A DNA stretch of 61,602 nucleotides from a virus. The position numbers and the translations under genes are program-made. Below the pieces are notes generated by a model. The model saw nothing but the letters and a program-made list of their open reading frames with translations. It ran no database searches and had not been told where the DNA came from. Shown here in pieces: positions 53,552-61,602 of the stretch (positions within the stretch are counted from its first letter, which is position 1; every line of letters begins with the position of its first letter). The stretch lies in IMG/VR virus record IMGVR_UViG_3300045988_170590; one strand, given 5' to 3'.

Positions 53552-54085
53552 TTACTTCAAGTCGAGATTATCGATAAACTTTTGTAACGTGTCGGACGTC
53601 CCTTCGCTTAAATCCTGTTCTTCGACTTCTTCTTTTTTAGCCTTTTTACTTTTACCGTTGACCGAGGCGTTGGCAATTTCTTTAATTTCGCCGGTAGTAA
53701 CAGTTCCGTCGGCGACCGCTTTGTTTACCTCGTCGATGACTGCTTTGCCCTCTTCGCTTTCATAGGGATTTTCAATTTTTACCCCGAGAAATCTTTCAAA
53801 AATTCCGTAAAGAGCAATCGACTGACCGCCGAGGATAAACCCCGCCGCAACGTCGTAAACGGCTTTCAACACATAAATATCGTATAAGTATTCAAACAAG
53901 CAACCCAACGCAAACGGCAACAAAAGAATAACCGAATTGACCGCCTTACGCGTTCTTTCCACCTTTATTCTTATCGTAAAATGCTTGATAGGTAATTTGA
54001 TTGCCTGCGTAAGAAGGAATATTATAGCCGCCATAATCCATATCATAACGTATCGATTATGCAGTATATGTACTACAAAATCCAT
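53552..54085 (-). CDS. Multi-TM membrane protein (holin-like candidate)
   Basis: Three hydrophobic helices in the N-terminal 100 aa and an acidic C-terminus. Confidence 0.4.
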   Translation of the reverse strand: MDFVVHILHNRYVMIWIMAAIIFLLTQAIKLPIKHFTIRIKVERTRKAVNSVILLLPFALGCLFEYLYDIYVLKAVYDVAAGFILGGQSIALYGIFERFLGVKIENPYESEEGKAVIDEVNKAVADGTVTTGEIKEIANASVNGKSKKAKKEEVEEQDLSEGTSDTLQKFIDNLDLK

Positions 54086-54097
54086 AACTATCCCCCC

Positions 54098-54418
54098 TTA
54101 CTCGGTTGCAAGTTGTTTGTCGAGATTGTCCAAAACGACCTTGAAACTTTCTTCGACCTTCTCTTCGATTTTTCTTTCAGCCGTTTCCTTAAACGCCGCT
54201 TTTTGAAGGTCGTATTTCTTGATTATTTCTTCGGTCTGTTTGTTGTACGCCTCGTTTGCGGTAGTAAGTACCTTGTTTTTCTCTTCTTCGAGCCTTTGAC
54301 ATTCGGGGTCGATAACCTCGATATTCGCTTTCGCTTTCTGATTGGCGATCTCCGATTGTTTCAACGCCTCGATATTCGCTCTCGCTTTAAGCAGTTCTTG
54401 TTTTATACATTCCAACAT
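54098..54418 (-). CDS. Coiled-coil hypothetical protein
   Basis: The start MLECIKQ at 54418 has a GGAGG SD. Confidence 0.5.
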   Translation of the reverse strand: MLECIKQELLKARANIEALKQSEIANQKAKANIEVIDPECQRLEEEKNKVLTTANEAYNKQTEEIIKKYDLQKAAFKETAERKIEEKVEESFKVVLDNLDKQLATE

Positions 54419-54434
54419 ATAATAACGCCTCCGC

Positions 54435-54797
54435 TTAATAAACGACCTGCGGTTCGACCGCCGCGGTTTCGACGCTTTCGTCACGAATTTCTTCGGGCGT
54501 CGGGATTTCGGGTTCGGGATATTTTATCAGCCCGAGTTTTGCGGCACAGTCTTCGAGTTCGACGATTTCGGCGGATAATCTGTTTTTGTCGGTTTCCGCG
54601 ATTTCTTTGTCGAGATTATCGAGTTCTACCGCAAGTTGCGCTCGTCTGGCGATTTTATTTTCATAATCGTCTACGAGTGCTTGCCTTTTCTCAATTTCAG
54701 CCACGATAACGTGGTCTTTATTGATGACTTCGTAATCCATTTTCGTTTGTTCTCCTTTATAGATTTTTAATAATTTCATAAAGTCCGTTTTCACCAT
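54435..54797 (-). CDS. Coiled-coil hypothetical protein
   Basis: 120-aa co-oriented ORF. Confidence 0.5.
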   Translation of the reverse strand: MVKTDFMKLLKIYKGEQTKMDYEVINKDHVIVAEIEKRQALVDDYENKIARRAQLAVELDNLDKEIAETDKNRLSAEIVELEDCAAKLGLIKYPEPEIPTPEEIRDESVETAAVEPQVVY

Positions 54798-54842
54798 GTC
54801 TCTTCCCTGAAAAAAGACGTTTATTTAAGATTTGCCTACGAT

Positions 54843-55505
54843 TCAGTTAAGAATGCCTAGCCGTTTCAAGAGGAATACAATCCCTATGCCTGCGCCGATT
54901 ATTAACGCCCATTTAATGGTTTGCAGTATCGGCTTATCGAGTTTCGACAGGTTTCTGCCGAGTTGGCGGAAACGATTGACAAAATCCGAATACGAAAAAT
55001 CTTTCGGCACGGAGTATTTTTCGCCTTTCCCGTCCAAAACCTCGACCATGTTGTCGGGCGCGCTGTTGTAAAGATACAAATACTTTTCGACTTGCTTTCT
55101 GCGCTTATTGAGCATTTGCGTATGCCGAGCGTCCTGTTCGAGAGTGTCCATTTCGTACTTGTGCTGCCGATTGAGTTGCGCCCGTAAATGTTTTAGCCGT
55201 AACTCTCTTGTTTCGGTTTCGTAAAGACTTTCGGCAGTCTGAACGTTACGCCGGCGAATATCGCTTGCCTCTTTCGCCAAGTCGGATTTTATCCGCTCTT
55301 CGCCGCACCTGCGCCCCAACTCCTGCACTTCTTTCGATTGTAACAGTTCGTTTTCTTTGTCCTTTACAACGTCCATTACACTCGTTTGATTTTTGGCGTC
55401 GGCGGGTACGGCGACTTCTGTTTTATTGTTTTTTTCTTCAATTTCTTTCTCGGCGAGTTTTCTTAACTCGTCCATAGATTTAAGTTCTGCCATAATCCAC
55501 ACCAA
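54843..55505 (-). CDS. Coiled-coil protein with a C-terminal TM anchor
   Basis: C-terminal WALIIGAGIGIVFLL. The start may be 55493. Confidence 0.5.
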   Translation of the reverse strand: MVWIMAELKSMDELRKLAEKEIEEKNNKTEVAVPADAKNQTSVMDVVKDKENELLQSKEVQELGRRCGEERIKSDLAKEASDIRRRNVQTAESLYETETRELRLKHLRAQLNRQHKYEMDTLEQDARHTQMLNKRRKQVEKYLYLYNSAPDNMVEVLDGKGEKYSVPKDFSYSDFVNRFRQLGRNLSKLDKPILQTIKWALIIGAGIGIVFLLKRLGILN

Positions 55506-55523
55506 ACTCTGAAGGTTTTGTCT

Positions 55524-56057
55524 TTATTCTTTTATTTGCGGAGCGTTGTTTTTTACCCAGTTGTCAAACGAACTGTACGACGGCTCATTATCCCACATAG
55601 ACCAAGCATCCAACATAAACGCCCTGTCTGCGCTGTTTCGCATTTGCAGGTCTTCAACCTTTCTTGCAAGTGCCGAAAACTCTTTATGCTCGCCGTCTAC
55701 CGTAAAGACAAACTCTCTCAACGCCTCGTCGGTATCGTCGATTATTCCTACGCAAACCTCGAAAACTTTATCGAGATCGCCGAAATCTTCGACGAGTTCA
55801 TTTATGGGCGGATATTCGACCATTAAGCCCTTTTCGGCTAAAATAGCCTTAAAGTCGTCGACATAATCGGGTTGTTTATGTTCGAGCGAGTGTATGTACC
55901 CGGTAAGCGATTTTAAGCCGAACTCTGCCCAAGTTATTTCTTTTATGAAAGCGAAAAATCTTTCCGCCTCGCCGTATGCCGTCATAACTTTTCGCATAAG
56001 CGGTTTAAGAAACGCTAAATCCGCGTTGTCATAATTGTAAAAATCTCTCTTTTTCAT
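55524..56057 (-). CDS. Hypothetical helical protein
   Basis: 177-aa co-oriented ORF. Confidence 0.55.
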   Translation of the reverse strand: MKKRDFYNYDNADLAFLKPLMRKVMTAYGEAERFFAFIKEITWAEFGLKSLTGYIHSLEHKQPDYVDDFKAILAEKGLMVEYPPINELVEDFGDLDKVFEVCVGIIDDTDEALREFVFTVDGEHKEFSALARKVEDLQMRNSADRAFMLDAWSMWDNEPSYSSFDNWVKNNAPQIKE

Positions 56058-56263
56058 ACCTTATCCAACTCCATAAGCAATGTTCGCTTTACTTCGTACA
56101 CTTTACCGTTCATAATTTCAAGTCGATTTCCGCGCCGTCTGCACTCTTCGGCAAGCGTTTCTATCGTCTTTATGTGGTCGGGAATATCCGTGTATAGGGT
56201 TTCGCTTTTACTCGGTATATTCGTCGGGGCAAAACCCGTGGAATCGTATCGATTAGTTTGCAT
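56054..56263 (-). CDS. Hypothetical protein
   Basis: 69-aa coupled ORF. Confidence 0.45.
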   Translation of the reverse strand: MQTNRYDSTGFAPTNIPSKSETLYTDIPDHIKTIETLAEECRRRGNRLEIMNGKVYEVKRTLLMELDKV

Positions 56264-56480
56264 TGACTACCGCCTCTATACTCCCGTCGGGTTCTTTCTC
56301 CTCGGGTTCTATTACTTCGGCATAGGTATACTTGCTCGGATATAAATCTATCGCCTCGTCGTATATCCTACCTGTTTCGAGTTGGATAATTCGTTTCCCG
56401 TCGTCGCTCTTATGCTGTACGAGTTTTTCATTTTCTACCCCTTGTTCGTCAACATAAGGGTAAATCTCAATCACCGACAT
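56253..56480 (-). CDS. Hypothetical acidic protein
   Basis: 75-aa coupled ORF. Confidence 0.45.
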   Translation of the reverse strand: MSVIEIYPYVDEQGVENEKLVQHKSDDGKRIIQLETGRIYDEAIDLYPSKYTYAEVIEPEEKEPDGSIEAVVNAN

Positions 56481-56526
56481 ATTTTTCTCCTTTTTTAATG
56501 TTGTTTCGCGGGTTGCTCAATTATAT

Positions 56527-58587
56527 TTATATTGCAAAGCAGGGGGCAACGCCGTAAGAGTAGTTCGCGTAATAGTTGGTGTAACTACCGCTGTCGCTCA
56601 CAATGCAGAAATAACTAGTATGCCCAGAATAGGGAGAGCGCAGCCACCACATTATTGTATAGGTCTGCCCAAACTTATTTTTCTGTCGCAACGGAAGACT
56701 GCCATCCGTTGTTGCTACTGCGTAATAATCAAAGCGATTATATTTGACACACCCTGTTTGAACACCTTCTGCCGAATAATGTCGATCCATAAAAATTTCG
56801 GTTTCGGCAGGCAAGAATAATTTATTCGTACTTTCACGAGGCGACGGCGCAGAATAACTGTACTCGTTAAGAGTGATTTCGCTGATCGCGAATTTCATAT
56901 CACTAGGCAACAAACCCCATACGGTTACGTCAAGAGTAGTGTTTTTCATTTGACACATTGCCCAACCGCCTGCCGTATACGCTGTTACATCACCGTCTGT
57001 AACTTGTGAAGAGTTAATAGGATAACTCGTTGGCAAGCACTCGACAAATTCAAAAACACCGTTCGTTGTTCCGCTACCGTCCGTAAGATTATATCTACCC
57101 GACTGCATATCTGCAATTCTGATATGGTAAGTATTTCCGTCGCCGAGCGTGACTTCTTTCTGGTCTCCGACTGCCCACAAGCCCGAGGCAAGACCTTTTC
57201 GGAACGCTTGTCGTATCATAGCCCAACTGTTATCGCCGAATACAGGCAGTAAAGGAACATTTTCGCCATCCCAGTAAATTGCCGTAATATTCAAATCTTC
57301 ATTCACTGTGAACGTGCTACCGCTTGTAAAGTCTTCACCATTTACTTGCAAGAGATAAGGCACAAATCCGCTTTCGGTTGCCGAAGTCGTGATTGTTACG
57401 ACTGTACCCGCTAAAATACCGCCGCCTTGACGATAGGTCTTTGTTCCGTCTGAAATCGTAACACTACACGATACTGTTTCTACCGATTTAACCCCATAAC
57501 CGATTTTTTCTGTGCCACTCGTACAATAGTATATCGCATCGGCATTTTCGACGGTCGTTGCCGAAACCGTACAAGCCTTATCGCTGAACCAAGTCAAAAC
57601 ATAACCTTCTTCATTGATGGTCGGCAATTCGCTCCCAACAGGCAGTATTCCTGCGCCCACATATCCGATTATGTTACTCGCTTGCGTTGTCCAGTTTGTC
57701 GCAGTTTTATAAGCGTTTATCACATTATATGGCACAAAAATTTTATTGTTCGTCGAGCCACTCCACACATCAGAGTTCTTTACGGTTGGAGGAGCCAGTT
57801 TGAGGAAATACAATTCACAATTACGAAGACTATAAAACGCACCCGACTCTATGTCCTGTATCGACTTGGGGAGAATTATACGCAAATATTGACTTGACGC
57901 AAAACAATACCCTCGAATTAACGGAAAGTCAGAATTTGAAAAATCTAAGACAACTATATTTTGAGATTGATTTGCTCTATTGCTGCCTAAAAAGCGGAAA
58001 GCACTTTGCCCCAACTTATGAATATTAAAATTCGACAAATCGCATTCTATTACTTTGCTTAGACTGCTGAATGCAGAATCACCTATATCCCCATCCATGC
58101 TCCCGCTTAAATGCGTAGCATTACTATTTGTGCTAAATGCGTAAGAGCCTATTTTTTTAGTTGTCTTGGGAATTATTATGCTCGTTAAGCCTGCATTATC
58201 AAAAGCATAATTGCCTATATCCTGAACGTTTCCTAAATCTACCGTTTCCAAGTTTTTGAAATTATAAAAACGATAGTCCGCTATCTTCGTTATATCAGGC
58301 GGCATAACAAAATGCGTTAGCGACCCGTCAATAATACCTGCGAGCGAATCGGCAGATTCCATTTCACCGACAACGCCACCGATATTTACGCCTTTTTTAA
58401 TATTGGCAGGTACAAGCGTGTCGGGTTTTACAACAGTACCTTTCGTCAAAAGATACCCGTCATCAGGCGTGATGACCTGATTGCCGTTTGCCATATCGAG
58501 GTCAACCGTTTTTTCTTGCGTAGGCGTCGGCTCAGAACCGCCTTTTATGCCTTTTATCGCAAGAAGTTGCCAAAATCTGTCAGCCAT
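56527..58587 (-). CDS. BspA-type leucine-rich-repeat protein fused to the WWLRSP...PCFAI C-terminal domain
   Basis: Repeats such as IADYRFYNFKNLETVDLGNVQDIGNYAFDNAGLTSIIIPKTTKKIGSYAF. The C-terminus MWWLRSPYSGHTSYFCIVSDSGSYTNYYANYSYGVAPCFAI. Confidence 0.7.
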   Translation of the reverse strand: MADRFWQLLAIKGIKGGSEPTPTQEKTVDLDMANGNQVITPDDGYLLTKGTVVKPDTLVPANIKKGVNIGGVVGEMESADSLAGIIDGSLTHFVMPPDITKIADYRFYNFKNLETVDLGNVQDIGNYAFDNAGLTSIIIPKTTKKIGSYAFSTNSNATHLSGSMDGDIGDSAFSSLSKVIECDLSNFNIHKLGQSAFRFLGSNRANQSQNIVVLDFSNSDFPLIRGYCFASSQYLRIILPKSIQDIESGAFYSLRNCELYFLKLAPPTVKNSDVWSGSTNNKIFVPYNVINAYKTATNWTTQASNIIGYVGAGILPVGSELPTINEEGYVLTWFSDKACTVSATTVENADAIYYCTSGTEKIGYGVKSVETVSCSVTISDGTKTYRQGGGILAGTVVTITTSATESGFVPYLLQVNGEDFTSGSTFTVNEDLNITAIYWDGENVPLLPVFGDNSWAMIRQAFRKGLASGLWAVGDQKEVTLGDGNTYHIRIADMQSGRYNLTDGSGTTNGVFEFVECLPTSYPINSSQVTDGDVTAYTAGGWAMCQMKNTTLDVTVWGLLPSDMKFAISEITLNEYSYSAPSPRESTNKLFLPAETEIFMDRHYSAEGVQTGCVKYNRFDYYAVATTDGSLPLRQKNKFGQTYTIMWWLRSPYSGHTSYFCIVSDSGSYTNYYANYSYGVAPCFAI

Positions 58588-58593
58588 AATGTA

Positions 58594-58929
58594 TTACCCC
58601 TTTGCCGTCGTAGTCGTTACATACGCCGAAACCGAACCGCTTACGACCGATATTAGATTAACTTTTATCTCGGTCATTCCCTCTATGTAATAGGCGTAAA
58701 CGCCGTTCGCGGTAATAGAACTTTTAAGATTAAAAGCCCCGTCGAAACCCGTAAGGTTTACAAACTGTCCGCCAGAACGATTGCAACGCCCTAGCACCTG
58801 CATAGTAAACGCAGACGCGTCGCCGTCAACCTGAACGAAAAGCATTTCGCCTATGGTGTTGGGGATTACTTCGCTCTCGCTCGCGGCTGTTTTGCCGTCC
58901 AAAACGAGTTTCATTTTATCTCTAATCAT
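58594..58929 (-). CDS. Hypothetical protein downstream of the portal gene
   Basis: 111-aa co-oriented ORF. Confidence 0.55.
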   Translation of the reverse strand: MIRDKMKLVLDGKTAASESEVIPNTIGEMLFVQVDGDASAFTMQVLGRCNRSGGQFVNLTGFDGAFNLKSSITANGVYAYYIEGMTEIKVNLISVVSGSVSAYVTTTTAKG

Positions 58930-58953
58930 TTTGATTATTGCTCCTTTTAGATT

Positions 58954-60840
58954 TTATTCGTTGCCGCCGTCGCCGCTGTCTGCGGATTTTTCGTTGCCCT
59001 CGGTTACACCCTCGGCTTTCGGTCTCCCGCCCGTGGGCGGTAAACCGCTATTTTCTTGTTTCGCCGTATAACTCGTTATCGGCGGAATAAGCATATCGAG
59101 AAGTCCGCTTTCTTTTACCGTCTTCATCATTGCCAATTTATCCACCCAACTTTGTCTGTCGAGCGCGGCTAAAATGAAGTGCGCCGAAATATCTCCGTTC
59201 GCAATGGCGGTATTCGCATTCTTTCGTTCCTCTTCCTCGGTGTAAATAGTGCCGAAGAAGTGAAAATCCCATTCGTATTTAAGATTGAGCGATTTATATA
59301 TTTCGCTCATCATACGCTCAAACTGACGATAAACGCACTCGCTGTATCGTGCTTCTAACTTTGCCGATAAATTTGCCTGACCCGCTTTCGGATCGCTTAT
59401 CGGAATAATCGCGGCAAGCCCGCTTTTTTCGGTCGCATATTCGTTGAAACTGCTTGCAACCTTATTCGCATTCGCGCTTTCGGGATAATCGTGCGACTTA
59501 ATGTTTTGCACGGGCGCGGAGAAAAATGCCGTGCCGCTCGTATTGTTCGCCGCCATAAGATTATCGAAGAAAGCCTCAAACATAAATTTACCAGCCTCGG
59601 AAAGCCGATAATTGTCGGGTTTTGTCGCCCCGTCGTCGTTAAAGTACGGGATTTCGCCCGTAAATATCTTTATAAGCGGGTTAAGCAACAAACTTATTTG
59701 CGCGTTTTCATAGTCCGCTTGTTGAGCGTAGGTTATCATTAAACCACTCAACGGACTTGCGACGTTTACGGTCGTGTCGTCTATCTCGTATACCCAAATT
59801 TTTTCAACGGGTAAACTGACATAATAAAACCACCTGCCGTTCTGCTCGAATACTCTCGGACTTCCCGCCGCATTCGCCTTAACGTTGCCGAAATAAAACT
59901 TTTTATCTTCGCCCTTACACGAAATGCTTGCATATCTGACGTTCTTACTTCTGTCGGTTTCTCTCGGCTCGGAAAACATATCGTTGAAATCGTCGAGATA
60001 CGGTAAAAACAAGTCTCCGTATTGCCTTACGTCAGTACCCGGTTGCATAAAATACATAAGATTGAACGAAACGGTATACCCCGAAACGTTGTTTCTGCCA
60101 ATTATCGTACACCAGTCGATCGGCAAAGCCGTCATAAACGCAAAATTGACTTGATTATGCGTTTTATCGACCCTCACGCGGGGGTAATAAACTACTTTAC
60201 CCTGCGTTAATGACTCACCCGTTATTCGGTGTGCCTGAGCGTCCGGGCAAAGTTCTTTATTGAGTTTATCGAGCAATATTGCCTCGCGCTTAAAATCTTT
60301 TGCCCGGGCGTCTTCTGCCTCTATGTATTGTGGCTTGAAGTAATAACGATAGGTCGGTATATCCTGATAGGTTTTTATTATCTTGAAAAACGGATAAGCC
60401 GTCCATTTAAGCGTTTCACTCGTCTGTCTTAACGCAATTTCGTTTTGATACGGCGCACGCAGGAATTCGGCAATGTCGTCCTTGTTATAATCGGCAGGTA
60501 AAGATTGAATGCCCTTCATCCTGAGGTTTTGAACGCTAGGCATATTTGCCCAATAACCGCCCGCCCTTCCGAATGCCGAGAAGAATCCCTCGGCAGAAAG
60601 CGCACCGCCGTAATTTTGCATAAGACTTCTGAAACGGTCTAGCATAGGCGAAAAAGAAGTTGCATTAGGTACGGCATTCACAGTCTGTGCCGAATTTGAC
60701 TTAACCGCGCCCGGCTCTTTTGCGGCTTGCTCTCTCGCTTTTTTGTTGGCACGACAACGGGCAACCCTTTCGCGATTTTGGGCTTTCTGCCTCTCCCTTT
60801 TTTCGTCGTTATTAAGTTGTGTCGTAGTCGTTTTTGCCAT
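58954..60840 (-). CDS. Putative portal protein
   Basis: 628-aa ORF, one small gene downstream of terL. Size and position are typical of a portal protein. Basic N-terminus. Confidence 0.65.
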   Translation of the reverse strand: MAKTTTTQLNNDEKRERQKAQNRERVARCRANKKAREQAAKEPGAVKSNSAQTVNAVPNATSFSPMLDRFRSLMQNYGGALSAEGFFSAFGRAGGYWANMPSVQNLRMKGIQSLPADYNKDDIAEFLRAPYQNEIALRQTSETLKWTAYPFFKIIKTYQDIPTYRYYFKPQYIEAEDARAKDFKREAILLDKLNKELCPDAQAHRITGESLTQGKVVYYPRVRVDKTHNQVNFAFMTALPIDWCTIIGRNNVSGYTVSFNLMYFMQPGTDVRQYGDLFLPYLDDFNDMFSEPRETDRSKNVRYASISCKGEDKKFYFGNVKANAAGSPRVFEQNGRWFYYVSLPVEKIWVYEIDDTTVNVASPLSGLMITYAQQADYENAQISLLLNPLIKIFTGEIPYFNDDGATKPDNYRLSEAGKFMFEAFFDNLMAANNTSGTAFFSAPVQNIKSHDYPESANANKVASSFNEYATEKSGLAAIIPISDPKAGQANLSAKLEARYSECVYRQFERMMSEIYKSLNLKYEWDFHFFGTIYTEEEERKNANTAIANGDISAHFILAALDRQSWVDKLAMMKTVKESGLLDMLIPPITSYTAKQENSGLPPTGGRPKAEGVTEGNEKSADSGDGGNE

Positions 60841-60845
60841 ATCCT

Positions 60846-61163
60846 TTAATTACCTTTTTCTTTGTCGGCTTGTGCCTTTAATTCCTTTTCAAAAACCGTT
60901 AAAAACTCGCTTAAAGCCTTGTTTATATCGTTAGCCGAATCATTTATCGTTTCGGCATTTACGGTAAGTTTTACGCCTAAAAGCCACCGTCTCTCCTCGG
61001 GTTTTAACAGCCCCTCGTTCGTCGTCGGAATTTCTTTCATTCCGTCAATCGGCTCATAGTGGTATGCAAGCATATAGCCGCTGTCGGTCGGATTAAAATA
61101 AGTGTATTCAACCTCTTTCGGCAGTTTACGATATGTCGAAACGTATAATTTGTACTTCTTCAT
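60846..61163 (-). CDS. Hypothetical protein between terL and the portal gene
   Basis: 105-aa ORF abutting the terL stop. Confidence 0.55.
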   Translation of the reverse strand: MKKYKLYVSTYRKLPKEVEYTYFNPTDSGYMLAYHYEPIDGMKEIPTTNEGLLKPEERRWLLGVKLTVNAETINDSANDINKALSEFLTVFEKELKAQADKEKGN

Positions 61164-61602
61164 TTATCTTCTCCGCAACGAAAGCAAGTTAGAAACTTTG
61201 TTATTTTGTCGTTTAATCTGCGGCATATACCCGCTATGCTTAAATTCGTCTATCTTTTTATCCCAATCGGATTTCGGTTTGTATGTCTCCTTGACAAGAG
61301 TATCTTCAAGCATTGATATAAGCCTTAACCCGTATTTTGCCGCCGAGTGTCTATCTCTTTGTATCGTCTTATGCTTTCTGTCCTCTTTTACCGAAGTTCC
61401 GCTCGGTTTGACTTCGAGATTCTGAATCTCTTCTACCCAGCCGTTAGTTTGCTTATACGGCAACGCGATTTTACCGTCGTCGAAGTTGTCTTTTATGCCG
61501 TGATTGAGTTTGTACGCCTCTACTCCGTCAAGAACGTTGGGTATAAGGATTTCGATATTACCTTGTTCCCACTCTTTTTGAAGGTATCGTATCATTACGC
61601 CC
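61164..61602 (-). CDS. terL: Terminase large subunit, 3' part (continuation of 1-1522 across the junction)
   Basis: The frame is open to the window end. Residues MIRYLQKEWEQGNIEILIPNVLDGVEAYKLNHGIKDN are also encoded by bases 1-119. Confidence 0.85.
   Translation of the reverse strand, partial: GVMIRYLQKEWEQGNIEILIPNVLDGVEAYKLNHGIKDNFDDGKIALPYKQTNGWVEEIQNLEVKPSGTSVKEDRKHKTIQRDRHSAAKYGLRLISMLEDTLVKETYKPKSDWDKKIDEFKHSGYMPQIKRQNNKVSNLLSLRRR
61484..61602. repeat. Second copy of the 119-bp terminal duplication
   Basis: Identical to 1-119. Confidence 0.95.

Overview
The window is a complete, circularly closed temperate siphovirus-like dsDNA phage genome. Bases 1-119 are identical to 61484-61602, so the unique length is about 61,483 bp, and the large terminase gene runs across that junction. 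SD sequences (GGAGG) and TTGACA/TATAAT promoters suggest a Gram-positive-type host. Layout: (i) a leftward late operon runs from 2604 across the junction to 34740, in the order putative TerS, TerL, portal, scaffold, capsid, tail, 1177-aa tape measure and distal tail proteins. (ii) A leftward early operon (18919 to 3006) carries Cro-like HTH, SSB, replisome organizer, YqaJ exonuclease, RecT, three DNA methyltransferases, an HNH endonuclease, YopX, a clamp-like protein, ASCH and a PAPS-reductase-like protein. (iii) A rightward lysogeny block (19617-24117) has a four-HTH repressor-like protein, a Bro-N protein and a tyrosine integrase. (iv) A leftward cluster of three tRNAs (Ser-GCU, Gln-UUG, Met-CAU) is followed by about 1.5 kb with no convincing ORF. 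(v) A rightward module (26.7-34.7 kb) holds mostly unknown proteins plus a second tyrosine recombinase. The most unusual signal is in module (v). The heptamer CGAACAG occurs 29 times on the + strand between 27092 and 33909 and never on the other strand there. It appears in two reading frames and in intergenic DNA, with the leading C kept at synonymous codon positions. Other points worth a second look: a lambda PR'/tR'-like promoter-terminator pair ahead of the late operon, and a C5-methyltransferase split by a 270-bp ORF-poor structured insert next to a free-standing HNH gene. Also notable are iteron-like repeats inside the replisome-organizer gene, a consensus promoter with a 580-nt untranslated leader, and a structured tRNA-like RNA candidate beside the tRNAs. 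All functional calls come from reading motifs by eye; no searches were run.
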